From contig DASPNP010000075.1 of NCBI GenBank assembly GCA_035626475.1, positions 11,788-75,787 of the forward strand: DNA of 64,000 nt, written 5' to 3'. Shown here in pieces: positions 61,411 to 64,000 of the stretch. Every line of letters begins with the position of its first letter. Within the stretch, counting starts at the first letter, position 1. The stretch comes from Azospirillaceae bacterium (lineage in GTDB: Bacteria; Pseudomonadota; Alphaproteobacteria; Azospirillales; Azospirillaceae). The translations under genes were made by a program, and so were the position numbers. The notes below the pieces were generated by a model. That model was not told where the DNA came from, searched no databases, and worked only from the letters and a program-made list of their open reading frames with translations.

Positions 61411-64000
61411 TTACAGCGCCCGCGCCACCTCTTCCAGCTCGAAGGCTTCGATGACGTCGCCCGGCTGGATGTTGTCGTAGTTCTCGAAGGCCATGCCGCA
61501 CTCGTAGCCCTCGCGGACTTCCTTGACCTCGTCCTTCATCCGCTTGAGCGTCTTCAGCGTGCCCTCGTGGATGACGACGTTGTCGCGCAGCAGGCGGACG
61601 CCGGCGCCGCGCTTGACGGTGCCTTCCGAGACGCGGCAGCCCGCGACCTTGCCGACCTTCGTGATGTTGAAGACCTGCAGGATCTGGGCGTTGCCCAGGA
61701 AGCGCTCGCGCAGCGTCGGCTTCAGCATGCCGGTCAGCAGCGCCCGCACGTCGTCGATGATGTTGTAGATCACCGAGTAGTAGCGGACCTCGACGCCATC
61801 GCGCTTGGCCAGCTCGCGGGCCTGCGGGTTGGCGCGGACGTTGAAGCCGACGATGATGCCCTTCGAGGCCGCCGCCAGGGTGACGTCGCTCTCGTTGATG
61901 GCGCCCACGCCGGACTGCAGCACGCGGACGCGCACCTCGGTGTTGCTGCCGGTCAGCTTCTCCACGGCGCCCGTGATGGCCTCGATCGAGCCCTGCACGT
62001 CGCCCTTGATGACCAGCGGCAGTTCCTTCACCTCGCCGGCCTGGATCTGCTTGAACATCTGCTCCAGCGAGCCGCGCGCGGTGGCGGCAACCTGGGCCTC
62101 GCGCTTCTTGCGCTGGCGGAACTCGGTGATCTCGCGGGCTCTCGCCTCGCTCTCCACCACCGAGAACTCGTCGCCGGCCAGCGGCGTGCCGTTCAGGCCC
62201 AGGATCTCGACCGGGCTGGCGGGCTCGGCCTTGGCGACGTTCTGGCCGCGGTCGTTGACCAGGGCGCGGACACGGCCCCACTCGCCGCCGGCGACGACGA
62301 TGTCGCCCACCGCCAGCGTGCCGCGCTGCACCAGCACCGTGGCGACCGGACCGCGGCCGCGGTCCAGCTTGGCCTCGACCACCACGCCCTCGGCGGTGCG
62401 GTTCGGGTTCGCCTTCAGCTCCAGCACCTCGGCCTGCAGGAGGATGGCCTCCTCCAAGCGCTCCAGGCCCAGGCCGGTCTTGGCCGACACCTCGACGTCC
62501 AGCACCTCGCCGCCCATCTGCTCCACCACCAGCGAGTGCTGCAGCAGCTCCTGGCGGACCCGCTCGGGCTTCGCCGTGGGCAGGTCGCACTTGTTGATGG
62601 CGACGATGATCGGCACGCCGGCGGCCTTGGCGTGGTTCAGCGCCTCGACCGTCTGCGGCATGACGCCGTCGTCGGACGCCACCACCAGCACCACCACGTC
62701 CGTGACGTTGGCGCCGCGGGCGCGCATCTCGGTGAAGGCGGCGTGGCCCGGCGTGTCGATGAAGGTGATGCGCGAGCCCGACGCCAGCTGCACCTGGTAG
62801 GCGCCGATGTGCTGGGTGATGCCGCCGGCCTCGCGGCTGGCGACGTCGGTCTTGCGCAGCGCGTCCAGCAGCGAGGTCTTGCCGTGGTCGACGTGGCCCA
62901 TGACGGTGACGACCGGCGGCCGCGGACGCAAATCCTCGGCGCGATCCTCGTCGCCCCGCACGCCGATCTCGACGTCGGCCTCGGAGACGCGGCGCGGCCG
63001 GTGGCCGAACTCGGTCACGATCAGCTCGGCCGTGTCGGCGTCGATGTTCTGCGTGATGGTGGCCATCACGCCCATGCGCATCAGCGACTTGATCACGTCG
63101 GCGCCGCGCTCCGCCATGCGGTTCGCCAGCTCCTGGACGGTGATCGCTTCGGGGATGATGACGTCTCGGGTCACTTTCTGCGTTTCCTGACGGCCGATCT
63201 GGCGCAGACGCTCACGCTCGCGGGCACGGCGGAGCGCCGCGAGGCTGCGGCCGCGCTGGCCGCCCTCGTCGTCCAGGGCCTGCGAGATGGTCAGCTTGCC
63301 GCGGTTGCGGCGGTCGGCGCCCTTCGGGGCGGCCGGCGCCTTGGCCGGAGCCTTGGCGGGAGCCTTGTTGACGCCGCCGGCGCCGCGGCGGGCACCGCCA
63401 CCGCGGCGGCCGTCATCCTCCTCGTCATGCGCCGGCGCCGCGGGGGCGACGGGGCCGCGGGCCGTGACCGGCTCCTCGGTGGTGCGGGTGCCGGGACGCG
63501 CCGGGCCGCCCGGACGGGCATCGTCGCGACGGCGGTCGTCGGTGGCCGGACGGCGCGCGGCCTCCGCCTCGCGGCGGGCGGCCTCGGCCTCCTGGCGGCG
63601 CTTCTCCGCTTCGGCGGCGGTCTGGCGCTCGGCCTCCTGGATGCGGCGCAGCTCCTCCATCTCGCGGCGGCGCAGCGTCTCGTCGTCCAGCGGCTCGTCG
63701 GAGACGGGCTCCTCGACGGCCGGGGCGGCAGCCTCGGCGGCGGCGGCCTCGGCGGCCTCCTGCGCGGCGGCGGCCTCGGCCTCGGCGCGGAGCTCCTGCT
63801 CCAGCAGCTCCTCGGCGGCGCGGCGGTCGCCGTCCTTCACGGCGTTGCGCAGGGCGCGCAGGCGCGACTCCCGCTCGTCGTTGGTCAGCTGGCGCGGACC
63901 GGCGCTGCGCTGGGCAGGGCCTCCGCGGCCGCCGCCGGCACCGCCCTCGGCGGCCTGGCGCGCGGCGGCGCCGCCGTCGGCCACGCCCGGGACGGCGCCC
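61411..64000 (-). CDS. infB: translation initiation factor IF-2 (N-terminus beyond the window edge)
   Basis: G-domain [20 protein letters not shown]...[22 protein letters not shown]...AINKCD. C-terminal ...[46 protein letters not shown]. The Glu/Ala/Arg-rich N-terminal region continues to the edge. The track start at 63984 is an internal GTG. Confidence 0.95.
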   Translation of the reverse strand, partial: GAVPGVADGGAAARQAAEGGAGGGRGGPAQRSAGPRQLTNDERESRLRALRNAVKDGDRRAAEELLEQELRAEAEAAAAQEAAEAAAAEAAAPAVEEPVSDEPLDDETLRRREMEELRRIQEAERQTAAEAEKRRQEAEAARREAEAARRPATDDRRRDDARPGGPARPGTRTTEEPVTARGPVAPAAPAHDEEDDGRRGGGARRGAGGVNKAPAKAPAKAPAAPKGADRRNRGKLTISQALDDEGGQRGRSLAALRRARERERLRQIGRQETQKVTRDVIIPEAITVQELANRMAERGADVIKSLMRMGVMATITQNIDADTAELIVTEFGHRPRRVSEADVEIGVRGDEDRAEDLRPRPPVVTVMGHVDHGKTSLLDALRKTDVASREAGGITQHIGAYQVQLASGSRITFIDTPGHAAFTEMRARGANVTDVVVLVVASDDGVMPQTVEALNHAKAAGVPIIVAINKCDLPTAKPERVRQELLQHSLVVEQMGGEVLDVEVSAKTGLGLERLEEAILLQAEVLELKANPNRTAEGVVVEAKLDRGRGPVATVLVQRGTLAVGDIVVAGGEWGRVRALVNDRGQNVAKAEPASPVEILGLNGTPLAGDEFSVVESEARAREITEFRQRKKREAQVAATARGSLEQMFKQIQAGEVKELPLVIKGDVQGSIEAITGAVEKLTGSNTEVRVRVLQSGVGAINESDVTLAAASKGIIVGFNVRANPQARELAKRDGVEVRYYSVIYNIIDDVRALLTGMLKPTLRERFLGNAQILQVFNITKVGKVAGCRVSEGTVKRGAGVRLLRDNVVIHEGTLKTLKRMKDEVKEVREGYECGMAFENYDNIQPGDVIEAFELEEVARAL

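Overview
Very GC-rich chromosomal segment (about 70% GC judged by eye, not computed). Its content looks alphaproteobacterial: an Irr-type Fur regulator, a HisKA_2/HWE-type PAS kinase, lpoA-like/rsmI/yraN/gshB synteny, and an infB-rbfA-truB-rpsO-pnp operon. This taxonomic placement is inference. I support about 62 protein genes and 2 tRNAs (Arg-CCT, Ser-GGA), plus several intergenic palindromic repeat elements and a few terminators and operators. I found no rRNA, CRISPR array, transposase, integrase or phage genes, so most of the window is housekeeping and not an obvious mobile island. Many long ORFs in the six-frame track are Arg/Ala/Gly/Pro-rich shadow ORFs lying over real genes, and I rejected them. 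The accessory or unusual items are listed here.

1. A stand-alone 1232-aa fused PD-ExK nuclease / N6-adenine methyltransferase / ISP-type C-terminal domain protein (53304-57002). It forms its own transcription unit just after the pnp terminator.
2. A HepT/MntA-type toxin-antitoxin pair (45092-45758).
3. An isocitrate-dehydrogenase-family gene translationally coupled (GTGA overlap) to an uncharacterised protein with four CxxC pairs, under a divergent LysR regulator (6102-9477).
4. A rubrerythrin / CCG-domain Fe-S protein / DUF3501 triad next to irr, split by a repeat element (30472-33798).
5. An FeS-BCP-type photolyase with a divergent 50-aa DUF2256-like gene that is missing from the ORF track (21964-23717).
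6. A three-copy family of 150-215 bp intergenic long-hairpin repeats (about 23.8, 31.2 and 38.5 kb), plus two other palindromic elements (12.9 and 27.9 kb).

All family assignments come from reading translations and motifs from memory. No searches were run, and several start codons are uncertain. I cannot show that the window holds a truly undescribed system. The candidates above are ranked honestly in the findings.
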